This document shows positions 45,149 through 52,770 of a DNA stretch of 52,770 nucleotides, piece by piece. A program made the translations under genes and the position numbers. Every line of letters starts with the position of its first letter. Within the stretch, counting starts at the first letter, position 1. This DNA is from Phage PEA2-3, in sequence record MW508890.1. One strand, given 5' to 3'. The notes under the pieces are model-generated. The model searched no databases. It was not told the origin of the DNA and saw only the letters and a program-made list of their open reading frames with translations.

Positions 45149-45439
45149 TTACTCTTCCCCAGTAGTATCTACCACTTTCTGGTCGCCTATTGTAATGTTC
45201 AGGTTGACACCATTACCAGACAGGTTCTGGTCGATGTCTGCTTTGACAACGGATTCTTTCAGTTTAGGATACATGTACGGCATAACGCCCAGTGCACCAT
45301 CCATCATCGCTTTGTAGTCATCTTCACGTTCAGCAAGGATAATAGCTCGTTGCATAACTTCCAACGGGTCCAGTTGGATACGTCGCATCGTGGCCAACAG
45401 CTCTTCTGTTGCCTCACGGGTTTTTTTCGGTTTTGCCAT
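45149..45439 (-). CDS. Terminase small subunit (putative)
   Basis: 96-aa ORF immediately upstream of the large terminase; by position. Confidence 0.35.
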   Translation of the reverse strand: MAKPKKTREATEELLATMRRIQLDPLEVMQRAIILAEREDDYKAMMDGALGVMPYMYPKLKESVVKADIDQNLSGNGVNLNITIGDQKVVDTTGEE

Positions 45440-45616
45440 TGGTATCGTCCTCGTTAATCCGGATAGTCGGGATTATAACGAGTTACGCGAAGTAAGTAAA
45501 CAGAATATAAAAATGGAGTGTCTAGAGAGATGATGAGAAAGTCTACAGTAGAAAGGCGAATAAGTAGCTTATATAGATGAAGAACTAGCTTAGACGCCTT
45601 TATATTTATCCGGTTT

Positions 45617-45907
45617 TTAGGCCATTTCTACCAGAAACGGGAACCATTTACCTTCGAAGTAACCGCGTTCATCTACAAGAAAAGGCATTACTTCTTTTCC
45701 GTATTTAATAACGTTTTCGTCGGCTATGGTTGTGATAGCGTTGTACAGGTGAGTGCACATCGGATGTTCGCTATGGCCTCCGTAATATGCAATCTGCCCG
45801 TTGTGGGTTACAGCAGGTTTGCCTGCTACGAATTCATCCCAGCTAAAAGGCTTAGCTTCCGCCAAGCCGTTTACTTCAGGATGTTCGACCATATCGAACA
45901 GGTCCAT
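45617..45907 (-). CDS. Hypothetical protein
   Basis: 96-aa ORF; stop/start overlap with the upstream gene. Confidence 0.4.
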   Translation of the reverse strand: MDLFDMVEHPEVNGLAEAKPFSWDEFVAGKPAVTHNGQIAYYGGHSEHPMCTHLYNAITTIADENVIKYGKEVMPFLVDERGYFEGKWFPFLVEMA

Positions 45908-46608
45908 CAGATTACCCCTTCCATAGCATCCATATGCTTACGGATAAAGTTAAGACGATCTGCCAGGTCGTCTGCACGACGTTTTTCAGCGTCACGCTGG
46001 GCAATAAGCGCTTTACGCTCTTCGCTGAAAGCACGGTTATTAGCAATAGCTGTACCATTAAGGCTACGAATCTCAGCCTCATACTCTTCAGCACGTTTGC
46101 CCATCAGTTGCTGCAGGTCGTTAATCTGTCGCTTATAGGCAGTGATAAGCTCAGACGCATCTTTATTGCAGCTTTCCAGTTTGCAGATATGCTCCTGCAG
46201 CATCTGTACATGTGCCCAGCCTTTAGCAATTTCGCGAGCTGACATATCAGCTAACATACGGTCTGACATAGGAGCGCCAGCGTAGTTTGAGGCCTTGCAC
46301 AAGTACCAGTTTAGAGCACTACTGAACATCTCACCAGTACGATATTCCAGCTCATCGTTGAACTTTTCAATTTCATCGCCAGAAGTCGCAATACTGATGC
46401 TGTGTGGACATCCTTCGACGTTAATTTCAATGCTGACGCCTTCAGTACCAGTCACTTCGTTATCTTCAAGAGCACGTTTGGCCAGGCGCAGCAGGTCTTC
46501 ACCTGACAGGTTCGGGTTAGTTGAACCCACAGTAACAGTTTTGTTGACGTCTCCTACGGTTGCTGACAGTGTGATTGAGGTATTGTATACTGGGCTCATT
46601 TGTTCCAC
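45907..46608 (-). CDS. Hypothetical protein with C-terminal coiled-coil-like region
   Basis: 233 aa; C-terminal charged helical segment. Confidence 0.4.
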   Translation of the reverse strand: MEQMSPVYNTSITLSATVGDVNKTVTVGSTNPNLSGEDLLRLAKRALEDNEVTGTEGVSIEINVEGCPHSISIATSGDEIEKFNDELEYRTGEMFSSALNWYLCKASNYAGAPMSDRMLADMSAREIAKGWAHVQMLQEHICKLESCNKDASELITAYKRQINDLQQLMGKRAEEYEAEIRSLNGTAIANNRAFSEERKALIAQRDAEKRRADDLADRLNFIRKHMDAMEGVI

Positions 46609-47102
46609 TCCTTATTAATACGTTCGTTGATGTATTCGAGAACTGCTTCAGGACCGTCTTCTTCAACAGTCCAGTCGTAAATGAAGAACTGCTTACTCAT
46701 CATAACCAGTTCGTCAATGAGGTTGTCATACTGATTGTATAACGCCTCAAGATTTTCCACAACACCAGGCATTTCGTCTTTTGTAGTTGCCAGTACCTTT
46801 TCAACAGGCGGCATACAAAAGATAACGATAGCGTTGCCACACATATCTGCTACATGTGATACATTAATATTGATGACAGGCGTACGTTGAAGAACCAGGC
46901 AATAGATATACTCAGATATAACAGCGCTACGGTCATAAATGCAATTGCCTTCCAACGCGTTTTCTTTGGCCTGTTTAGCCATGACCGATTCGGGGTCCTT
47001 ATCAACAGTATTATGAATAACGCTGCGGCCAGTACGAGATTTAAGGAACTCAATAAGTGTAGATTTACCAGCATTGTCGGGCCCCTCGATTATGATGTTC
47101 AT
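46596..47102 (-). CDS. dNMP / thymidylate kinase-like P-loop kinase
   Basis: N-terminal MNIIIEGPDNAGKSTLIEFL matches the Tmk P-loop pattern; 168 aa. Confidence 0.65.
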   Translation of the reverse strand: MNIIIEGPDNAGKSTLIEFLKSRTGRSVIHNTVDKDPESVMAKQAKENALEGNCIYDRSAVISEYIYCLVLQRTPVININVSHVADMCGNAIVIFCMPPVEKVLATTKDEMPGVVENLEALYNQYDNLIDELVMMSKQFFIYDWTVEEDGPEAVLEYINERINKEWNK

Positions 47103-47773
47103 TTGTGTAAACTCCTGTACCGTTGTATCAGAACTTGTTTGTTATCAACATATTCATCATTATAAGTGAAGTCGCTATCAATGTACATCATTAATTTGCT
47201 ACGATCCATTAAAATATCACTTGGACCTGATTGCTTGATTGTACTGATAAACATGTTGTCGATACGGAGTAAGTCTTTTGCGTGTTCTTCAAGGGCCGAA
47301 AGTATCAACTCGGCACCACCTACAATCCAGACGTCAGTACCTCTGGATTCAAGGTCTGCTGCCATCTCACCCAGATTATTGTAGCCTTCTGAAGCCATAA
47401 TCTGGCGAGATACCGGCAGCAGTATTCTGTGGGCTGACATAGGCAGACTCATAGTCATATACGTATTACGACCGGCTAACAATACGCTATGCCCGACCAT
47501 TTTTACCGTTACATCTGCTATCATATTTCGCAACTGGTCATTTGGGAATTGTCCACGTAGTTGCTGATATGCATTATAGCCTGGTTCTGTCGCAATTGAA
47601 TTAGTCATAGTCCTGAAAAAGAGCATGTCTGACGGACATTTCCATGGTAGACCCGATTTAGGAAGCGCACGAACCTCTTCCATGGTCTTGCACGAGTCAA
47701 CCTGATGCTTCATAAACTCCGGAGACAACCCGAATTCCCCATTTTGGCCCATTGCGAAGATTATATTAATCAC
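47099..47773 (-). CDS. folA: Dihydrofolate reductase
   Basis: Aligns by eye to DHFR: MINIIFAMGQNGEFG, LPWKCPSDMLFFRTMT, VLLAGRNTY, VWIVGGAELI; longer than bacterial DHFR (an insertion). Confidence 0.7.
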   Translation of the reverse strand: MINIIFAMGQNGEFGLSPEFMKHQVDSCKTMEEVRALPKSGLPWKCPSDMLFFRTMTNSIATEPGYNAYQQLRGQFPNDQLRNMIADVTVKMVGHSVLLAGRNTYMTMSLPMSAHRILLPVSRQIMASEGYNNLGEMAADLESRGTDVWIVGGAELILSALEEHAKDLLRIDNMFISTIKQSGPSDILMDRSKLMMYIDSDFTYNDEYVDNKQVLIQRYRSLHK

Positions 47774-48263
47774 CTAAAAAGTCCCCAGTAGTGTCGGTCA
47801 AAAGCGAGTTCATAACGTCTTGTGGCAGTATAGCAGGATGGTTACCTGTTTCGATTTTTGGCTTAGTTTTTGGCGCTTTTTGGCGCTCTATATACTCGTC
47901 ATGGGCCTTACAAATGGCATTTACGATGAAATCATGCTGATATGCGTACCATTCATCGTTTTCTGGGTCGTATTTAAGGCCAACATAGTTCATCAACGAC
48001 GACATTACGTGAATGCCTTCGTGGGAAATGGTGTTGTACTTCAGGTCGTCCGGGTGGTACAGTTCGACGACGATTAACAGGTACGGATAGCTAACGCGAG
48101 AGAACGTAAAGGTAGATGCATTACGCGTTTCTCGGTCATTCCAGTTGCCAAAATCAGGCAAATCCATCAGTTTTTGGAGCTCTTCGTGCTCTTTTTCGCT
48201 ACAAACGATAGCCAATTGAGGCGGATATGGCTCTAATTGAACAATTTTCATAATGTTACCCAC
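47766..48263 (-). CDS. Hypothetical protein with HExxH motif
   Basis: 165 aa with HEGIH; first minus-strand gene leaving the control region. Confidence 0.35.
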   Translation of the reverse strand: MGNIMKIVQLEPYPPQLAIVCSEKEHEELQKLMDLPDFGNWNDRETRNASTFTFSRVSYPYLLIVVELYHPDDLKYNTISHEGIHVMSSLMNYVGLKYDPENDEWYAYQHDFIVNAICKAHDEYIERQKAPKTKPKIETGNHPAILPQDVMNSLLTDTTGDFLGD

Positions 48264-48486
48264 AAGTAGGAGACCGTGAGGCCGTTTGATGATTCACATT
48301 AATGATAGCGCGTGGAGGAGAGAAAGTACACCACTTTTTAGTGAGTGTCTACACAATTTCCGAAAAATATAAAAAAATTTTAGAGGGGCTTCACTTATTA
48401 TTGTGTTAAGCAAAAGGTTAGCTCCTGTCGTATCACTCTGATGATGATTGGTCCTGATAAGGAGAAAATACCAAAAAATAAAAAAA

Positions 48487-48560
48487 TTCCGCTGGCTCCT
48501 GGCGGATAGCACCCCTGCGAAATTACCCCCCGCCGCACCTATTTCAATTGAAATGATTAC
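48487..48560 (+). repeat. Direct repeat unit, copy 1
   Basis: ttccgctggctcct ... gcacccct ... ccccccgccg ... atttcaattgaaatgattac. Confidence 0.6.
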
Positions 48561-48662
48561 TCTGGTAACTATTATGATTGGTACAATTACCGTGTGAACT
48601 ACTTCGGCCGTTATAGCACAAAGCGTCTATAATTCAGATTGAAATTATATTTTTAGAAATAA

Positions 48663-48735
48663 TTTCGCCGGCTCCTTTAAGTGGCACCCCTATGTTATTA
48701 TAACCCCTGCCGACCATTTTGGATTGAATAATTAC
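48663..48735 (+). repeat. Direct repeat unit, copy 2
   Basis: tttcgccggctcct ... gcacccct ... cccctgccg ... ttttggattgaataattac; same block order as copy 1, about 176 bp downstream. Confidence 0.6.
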
Positions 48736-49101
48736 ATGTGAAACTATATCAATTGCATATGAGAACCACTCTCAATTGCAAGTGATTATCATTTCTAAAA
48801 ACTTGCATAAACTTACAAATAAAAGGTGTACAATCAAGAGTGATTGGACTATTATATATTTATTGAATGTGATGACCAAGTGACCAGTCAACTGGTCTGG
48901 AGGGTATTAGTATGGTTTAATTTGGGTAGGTAGTACTTAACCAGTCAACAGGTACATCTGGTAGATGTCAATGGTACCTTTTGCTCTTTAACAATCTGGT
49001 AACATGTTTCTTGTTGATAGTAACACTAGTAATAGTTTCAACCAGTGACTATTGGTAACAGTAGTCACAACTGGAAACTAGTACAAGAGGTGACTATTAA
49101 G

Positions 49102-49248
49102 ATGGACAACTACACACTTTGGTATGATACCAATGAAGGGCTTTGGTGTGTCAATATAAACAATGGTCCAGTACCAGACTTTGAGTCAATGGATGTGGAA
49201 GATTGTGTTGACTTTATCCAATCCCAAGTTATTAAATATCAGGAGTAA
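49102..49248 (+). CDS. Hypothetical small early protein
   Basis: Start set at ATG 49102 after agaggtgac; track ORF began at 49045 inside an operator-like inverted repeat. Confidence 0.4.
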   Translation: MDNYTLWYDTNEGLWCVNINNGPVPDFESMDVEDCVDFIQSQVIKYQE

Positions 49249-49252
49249 TAAG

Positions 49253-49426
49253 ATGAAAGTTTTAGAATTGTCCCAAGAAGAACTGGAATTATTGGTTGAC
49301 CAACTGGACACAACCTTATTTATGGAAAGTGAACTACTGGAAGTGGATAAGGAGTATGGAAGGGATGTCAAAGACCTGGAAGTGAGGGTCAAGTTACTCC
49401 AATCAATTCTGGATAAGTTGAAGTAA
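49253..49426 (+). CDS. Hypothetical small acidic early protein
   Basis: ATG 49253 after aggagtaataag; 57 aa. Confidence 0.45.
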   Translation: MKVLELSQEELELLVDQLDTTLFMESELLEVDKEYGRDVKDLEVRVKLLQSILDKLK

Positions 49427-49521
49427 TTTCCAACAATGGGGACTTGGTAAAAGTCCTCATGATTGGATTTACTTGTCAAGGATTGACACCTATCAAAAAT
49501 TCTATCAATGAGGATACATCA

Positions 49522-50076
49522 ATGACTAACTATGTTTACCTGACTTCCGCTTTTTCTGTTGAGTCTGTAAAATCTGGTCTGACTACTGAAAGTCTTGGGA
49601 CTATTGTAGTGCAGATGGATAGTCTTCAGTACTTTGCCAATAACCAGATCATTAAGATGATTAAGTCCCTTAATGATGAAAGTTCTGTAAGTGTCAAGGA
49701 CTCAAAAGAAGTGTTGGTCAAGGCATTGTTTGATGAACTGAACCAACTGGAAGTGGAAGAGGTCAAAGTTGTGGCATCAAAATCTTCCAATGGCGGGGCC
49801 CGGAAGTCATCTGGTCCATCAACCAAGGACACTTGTTATCTGGTGTTTAAGGATTATAACCTGATGGATAAGGAAGATTCCAAATTGGCACTAGTTGATG
49901 CCATGAAAGCCTGTGGGATGGAGGCGGATGACATCAAAGCCAAAAGAGTTATCCAGTCATATATGTCATACTACCGGAATGATGTAAAATCTGGTAAAGT
50001 GACTGAGGGCAAGTCAGTAACTGGCAAAAAACCTGATACTGAAGTAAAACCTGAAACCCAAGAAACTGAAGAGTAA
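49522..50076 (+). CDS. Hypothetical early protein
   Basis: ATG 49522 after gaggatacatca; 184 aa with Lys/Glu-rich C-terminal tail. Confidence 0.45.
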   Translation: MTNYVYLTSAFSVESVKSGLTTESLGTIVVQMDSLQYFANNQIIKMIKSLNDESSVSVKDSKEVLVKALFDELNQLEVEEVKVVASKSSNGGARKSSGPSTKDTCYLVFKDYNLMDKEDSKLALVDAMKACGMEADDIKAKRVIQSYMSYYRNDVKSGKVTEGKSVTGKKPDTEVKPETQETEE

Positions 50077-50140
50077 TTTTTGAGATGGCACTCAAGTAGT
50101 GCCATCAATTGAAATTATTCACAATCAACAGGAGAGAAAC

Positions 50141-50299
50141 ATGCTTAAAATTAAACTGACCAAAGACCAGGCAATGGCTTTACGGGATATGATGATTGAG
50201 CTGGAGAAGATGGGCACTTTTTCTGATAGTTCTCACACTTCAACTCTTGATTATATTGTTGAGTCCATTGATGACAAATTTTCAGGTTCTGAGGAGTAA
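50141..50299 (+). CDS. Hypothetical small early protein
   Basis: ATG 50141 preceded by the conserved leader attgaaattat...tcaacaggagagaaac; 52 aa. Confidence 0.45.
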   Translation: MLKIKLTKDQAMALRDMMIELEKMGTFSDSSHTSTLDYIVESIDDKFSGSEE

Positions 50300-50304
50300 T
50301 CAAA

Positions 50305-50562
50305 ATGACTGACATTGAGATGAAAAAAGAGCTGGACTTTTATGCTGAGCAGTATTGGGCTGAGTGGGATGAAGGTTCACAAGAATTTGCGGAACTGGTG
50401 ATAGATTCAGGAATTGATGAAGTGCGCCAACACGCCTACATCATCAACATGAATCTGGCGTCAATTATGGGTATCATCGCCAGCGAATTTTCTGATGGCG
50501 AGCGGGACCATGAAGACGTTGTAAGACTGGCAAAAGTTATGGCTTGGGTGGATGCATTATGA
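50305..50562 (+). CDS. Hypothetical small acidic early protein
   Basis: ATG 50305 after gaggagtaatcaaa; 85 aa. Confidence 0.45.
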   Translation: MTDIEMKKELDFYAEQYWAEWDEGSQEFAELVIDSGIDEVRQHAYIINMNLASIMGIIASEFSDGERDHEDVVRLAKVMAWVDAL

Positions 50563-50732
50563 AAGATCTGAAATTGACTGAAGACGAATTGGCGCACCTG
50601 ATTGAATTACTGGAATCAAATGCCCAAATTGTGAAAGATCAAATTTCTGACACTGTTGGCGGTTCCAAAGAGTTTGACAACTTGATGGAAGACTTCCGGC
50701 TGACAATTCAGATCGCAACAAAGTTAGTATAG
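50559..50732 (+). CDS. Hypothetical small early protein
   Basis: ATG 50559 overlaps the upstream stop (ATGA); 57 aa. Confidence 0.4.
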   Translation: MKDLKLTEDELAHLIELLESNAQIVKDQISDTVGGSKEFDNLMEDFRLTIQIATKLV

Positions 50733-50800
50733 TTTCAACAATGAACTATCCAAAGTTGTGATAGTTCATGATTGAAATTATATCAACAGGAGAGAGAAAC

Positions 50801-51190
50801 ATGTACAGTGCAAAATGCGAAGATGGTATCTATACCGTATATTGTGACGGTAAAGTACTCAAAGTTCTGCCAAACGCCTTCAAGTTTGAGCAATTCATGA
50901 CGGTGTTGTGGGAGAACCAGGAGATTAGTCGGGAAGACATTATCGACCTGATGAATCCCTTGATGGGGTACCATCCAATTCGTGAGTTTGACAGTCGTCC
51001 AACTTGGTACAAGCTGGAAGATGGCAAAGTCTGGGAACAAGCCTGGGACAGATTTGAAGGTGGTTACGGCCACTGGACGGTTTACGTCGATGGTGATGAC
51101 GCCCAACGCTACTGGGAAGCAATCAAAAATTGTGCGACCCGGGATGTGACTGATCCGGAATACGACGAGTCAAAATTTGAGGTCAAGTGA
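50801..51190 (+). CDS. Hypothetical early protein
   Basis: ATG 50801 preceded by a second copy of the conserved leader; 129 aa, Trp/Tyr-rich. Confidence 0.45.
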   Translation: MYSAKCEDGIYTVYCDGKVLKVLPNAFKFEQFMTVLWENQEISREDIIDLMNPLMGYHPIREFDSRPTWYKLEDGKVWEQAWDRFEGGYGHWTVYVDGDDAQRYWEAIKNCATRDVTDPEYDESKFEVK

Positions 51191-51390
51191 TGCCACTAGT
51201 CAAATTTACGACGGTAGACCTTGCCCATGGATTGCCACCCAAAGCTGAACAAAAATTCTTGACAGTTGAGGAGTGGCATATCTGGTGCCAGTCAGCTCTA
51301 AAATCTGGGGCTAAACGCACTAATGGTGGAAAAGTGTTTACTCGCTTCAATAAAGAGTGTATAATAGTAGTTCAGGTAATGATAGAGTGA
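51190..51390 (+). CDS. Hypothetical small early protein
   Basis: ATG 51190 overlaps the upstream stop by one nucleotide (track ORF starts at the GTG 3 nt earlier). Confidence 0.35.
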   Translation: MPLVKFTTVDLAHGLPPKAEQKFLTVEEWHIWCQSALKSGAKRTNGGKVFTRFNKECIIVVQVMIE

Positions 51391-51617
51391 TATTAGTCAA
51401 GTCCTGGCGCTGACAGGGCTTGATTAAAAGCTGGTAATTAATTCAATCCTGAGTATTTGATGAAAGTCCTCATGCTTGAATTAACCCACAAGTGGAGGCC
51501 TTATGGTCCGCTGTAAACATGTTGTTGAGTATTCTGTTGTGAATCCTGCATATGCTGAAGGTCGGGCGATGAGGAAGCTGGTTGGGGTCTTTATGATAAT
51601 TCTTATGGTATTGGCTT

Positions 51618-51863
51618 ATGTTTTCTAAGGATGATTTATATGACATTGCTCGACGTGTTAATCAACGCGATTTATCTGGTGTTACCGATCTTTTTTCTGC
51701 CGGCACTTCTGACGATGCGGTATTACGCGAAGCGGAGCGGCGCCAAGCAGAAATACAAAGAACTGCAAGCTGCTGGGATTATCAACCCCCGAAAACTGTA
51801 CCGTTAACCTGGGTTGACATGACAATTTGGTTATTGAATAAACTTGGAATAAGGAGCAAATAA
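51618..51863 (+). CDS. Hypothetical protein
   Basis: 81-aa track ORF with no obvious RBS; an alternative-frame small ORF with an RBS overlaps it. Confidence 0.3.
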   Translation: MFSKDDLYDIARRVNQRDLSGVTDLFSAGTSDDAVLREAERRQAEIQRTASCWDYQPPKTVPLTWVDMTIWLLNKLGIRSK

Positions 51864-52042
51864 TGTTTAAATTCTTACAACGTAACCCTGTCAAAGGTGG
51901 CATGCAATACTGGGTGGACATCCATGGCGGTGAGTATATGATGATTGTCCGCGATGGTAAACCTGCTGAAAGCTCTTTCGCTAAAGGTTGCAACGTTTAC
52001 AACCAATTGTTTGAGTTCCTGGTTGAAGGTGATTACTTGTGA
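51863..52042 (+). CDS. Hypothetical small protein (59 aa, below the ORF-track cut-off)
   Basis: ATG 51863 after aaggagcaaata, overlapping the upstream stop (TAATG); read MFKFLQRNPVKGGMQYW ... EGDYL by hand. Confidence 0.45.
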   Translation: MFKFLQRNPVKGGMQYWVDIHGGEYMMIVRDGKPAESSFAKGCNVYNQLFEFLVEGDYL

Positions 52043-52224
52043 TTGGCTTAATCCTGGCAACATGTGTGGCTACTCATGATTGTAGTTACAAAATTGTTGA
52101 ATACAAACCTGAATGGACTACCGTTGAACAATGTGTCGCTGATAGTCCATACACCCTGCTAAATCTTGGTATTATCCCTGCCAAAAATCAGCGTGTCATT
52201 TGTGACGAGCTGAAACAAGATTAA
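52039..52224 (+). CDS. Hypothetical small protein
   Basis: 61-aa ORF with GTG start overlapping the upstream stop. Confidence 0.3.
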   Translation: MIGLILATCVATHDCSYKIVEYKPEWTTVEQCVADSPYTLLNLGIIPAKNQRVICDELKQD

Positions 52225-52652
52225 TTAACGTGATATTGAGTGCCGGGCGCAACGTAATAGTTGTAGACCCGGCAAAATTGTTCCCATGTTAATTCTACTA
52301 GACCCACAAAGAGGCGGTTCGATGCCTCGCTAAAAGTCGTGCCACTTGGAAAACAGTCAATCACATCAGCCTTATTCATCACCACGGTAGGCTGTTTTCT
52401 TGGTAGTTCGTATATCAGTACCGGCATCTTGTTTTGAGCCTTTGCCGATGCCGCACACTGTCTCCACCATGTTCCGATAGACTTGGTATTGTGCTTCTTC
52501 AGTTCAACGCTGAAAAACGGTACACCCAGCAAGTCATCCCCGCCATTAATAGACTGTTGAAGATTGCGCTCAACAGTTAATCCGAACGAGCTATTGAACT
52601 TCTTAGCCATTTTGCGCTCAAAGTTCTGTCCTTTCTGCCGAATATTAACCAT
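52221..52652 (-). CDS. Hypothetical protein, possible PD-(D/E)xK-type nuclease
   Basis: 143 aa; GGDDLLGVPFFSVELKK gives a D ... ExK arrangement; weak motif-level inference. Confidence 0.3.
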   Translation of the reverse strand: MVNIRQKGQNFERKMAKKFNSSFGLTVERNLQQSINGGDDLLGVPFFSVELKKHNTKSIGTWWRQCAASAKAQNKMPVLIYELPRKQPTVVMNKADVIDCFPSGTTFSEASNRLFVGLVELTWEQFCRVYNYYVAPGTQYHVN

Positions 52653-52770
52653 TTATTTAGCCTCGTATACAATTCAAAGATTTGGTAACCTGCAACATTG
52701 ATAAATATTGTAACACATCTTTTTTATAGTGTAAACGTCTACAGATTTATTTATCAATCCGGCTTTTTTA

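Larger units (their letters stand above)
48264..49101. promoter_or_regulatory. Major divergent control region (candidate early promoter/operator hub or origin)
   Basis: About 0.8 kb with no convincing ORF between the minus and plus blocks; direct repeats, several palindromes and recurring attgaaat and accagtcaac motifs. Confidence 0.55.

Noticed and set aside
48675-48700. Possible sigma-54 promoter (TGGCAC) in repeat copy 2
   Set aside because: TGGCAC is present but the downstream -12 element reads tgtt rather than TTGC, and copy 1 lacks TGGCAC; not a convincing -24/-12 promoter.
1-52770. CRISPR array, integrase/attachment site or lysogeny module
   Set aside because: No array of regularly spaced direct repeats and no recombinase-like or repressor-like ORF was seen; the tRNA-like fragment is not adjacent to any recombinase.
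52653-52770. Terminal direct repeat between the two ends of the window
   Set aside because: Both ends are AT-rich with T runs and loosely similar ccgg elements, but I found no extended identical sequence, so terminal redundancy cannot be claimed from this window.

Overview
This window reads as most or all of a virulent tailed dsDNA phage genome (no integrase or repressor recognised). All calls rest on reading the supplied sequence and ORF translations by eye; no similarity or structure search was run. Layout: (i) minus-strand replication gene 369..2903 (primase-helicase-like) next to an AT-rich left end; (ii) plus-strand block 3364..19124 with small early genes, a recombination set (Sak4-like ATPase, SSB-like protein, Cas4/RecB-like nuclease, SF2 helicase), nucleotide metabolism (dCMP deaminase, MazG-like NTP pyrophosphohydrolase, ThyA-family enzyme), family-A DNA polymerase and a TraR/DksA zinc finger; (iii) minus-strand block 19141..48263 with lysis cassette (P1 Lyz-like SAR endolysin, holin, overlapped spanins), contractile-tail-like structural module (fibre, baseplate, tape measure, chaperone, tube, sheath, Ig-like proteins), head genes, terminase, dNMP kinase and DHFR; (iv) a ~0.8 kb repeat-rich control region 48264..49101 followed by small plus-strand early ORFs. 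Most notable: a ThyA-family enzyme carrying Asp where thymidylate synthase has the dUMP-specifying Asn, pointing to C5-modified cytosine in the DNA; a ~0.5 kb structured non-coding island bracketed by terminators; a canonical -1 frameshift site (T_TTT_TTC) in the tail chaperone gene; and several families of repeated regulatory motifs. Structural and baseplate assignments are mostly by size and gene order and are low confidence.
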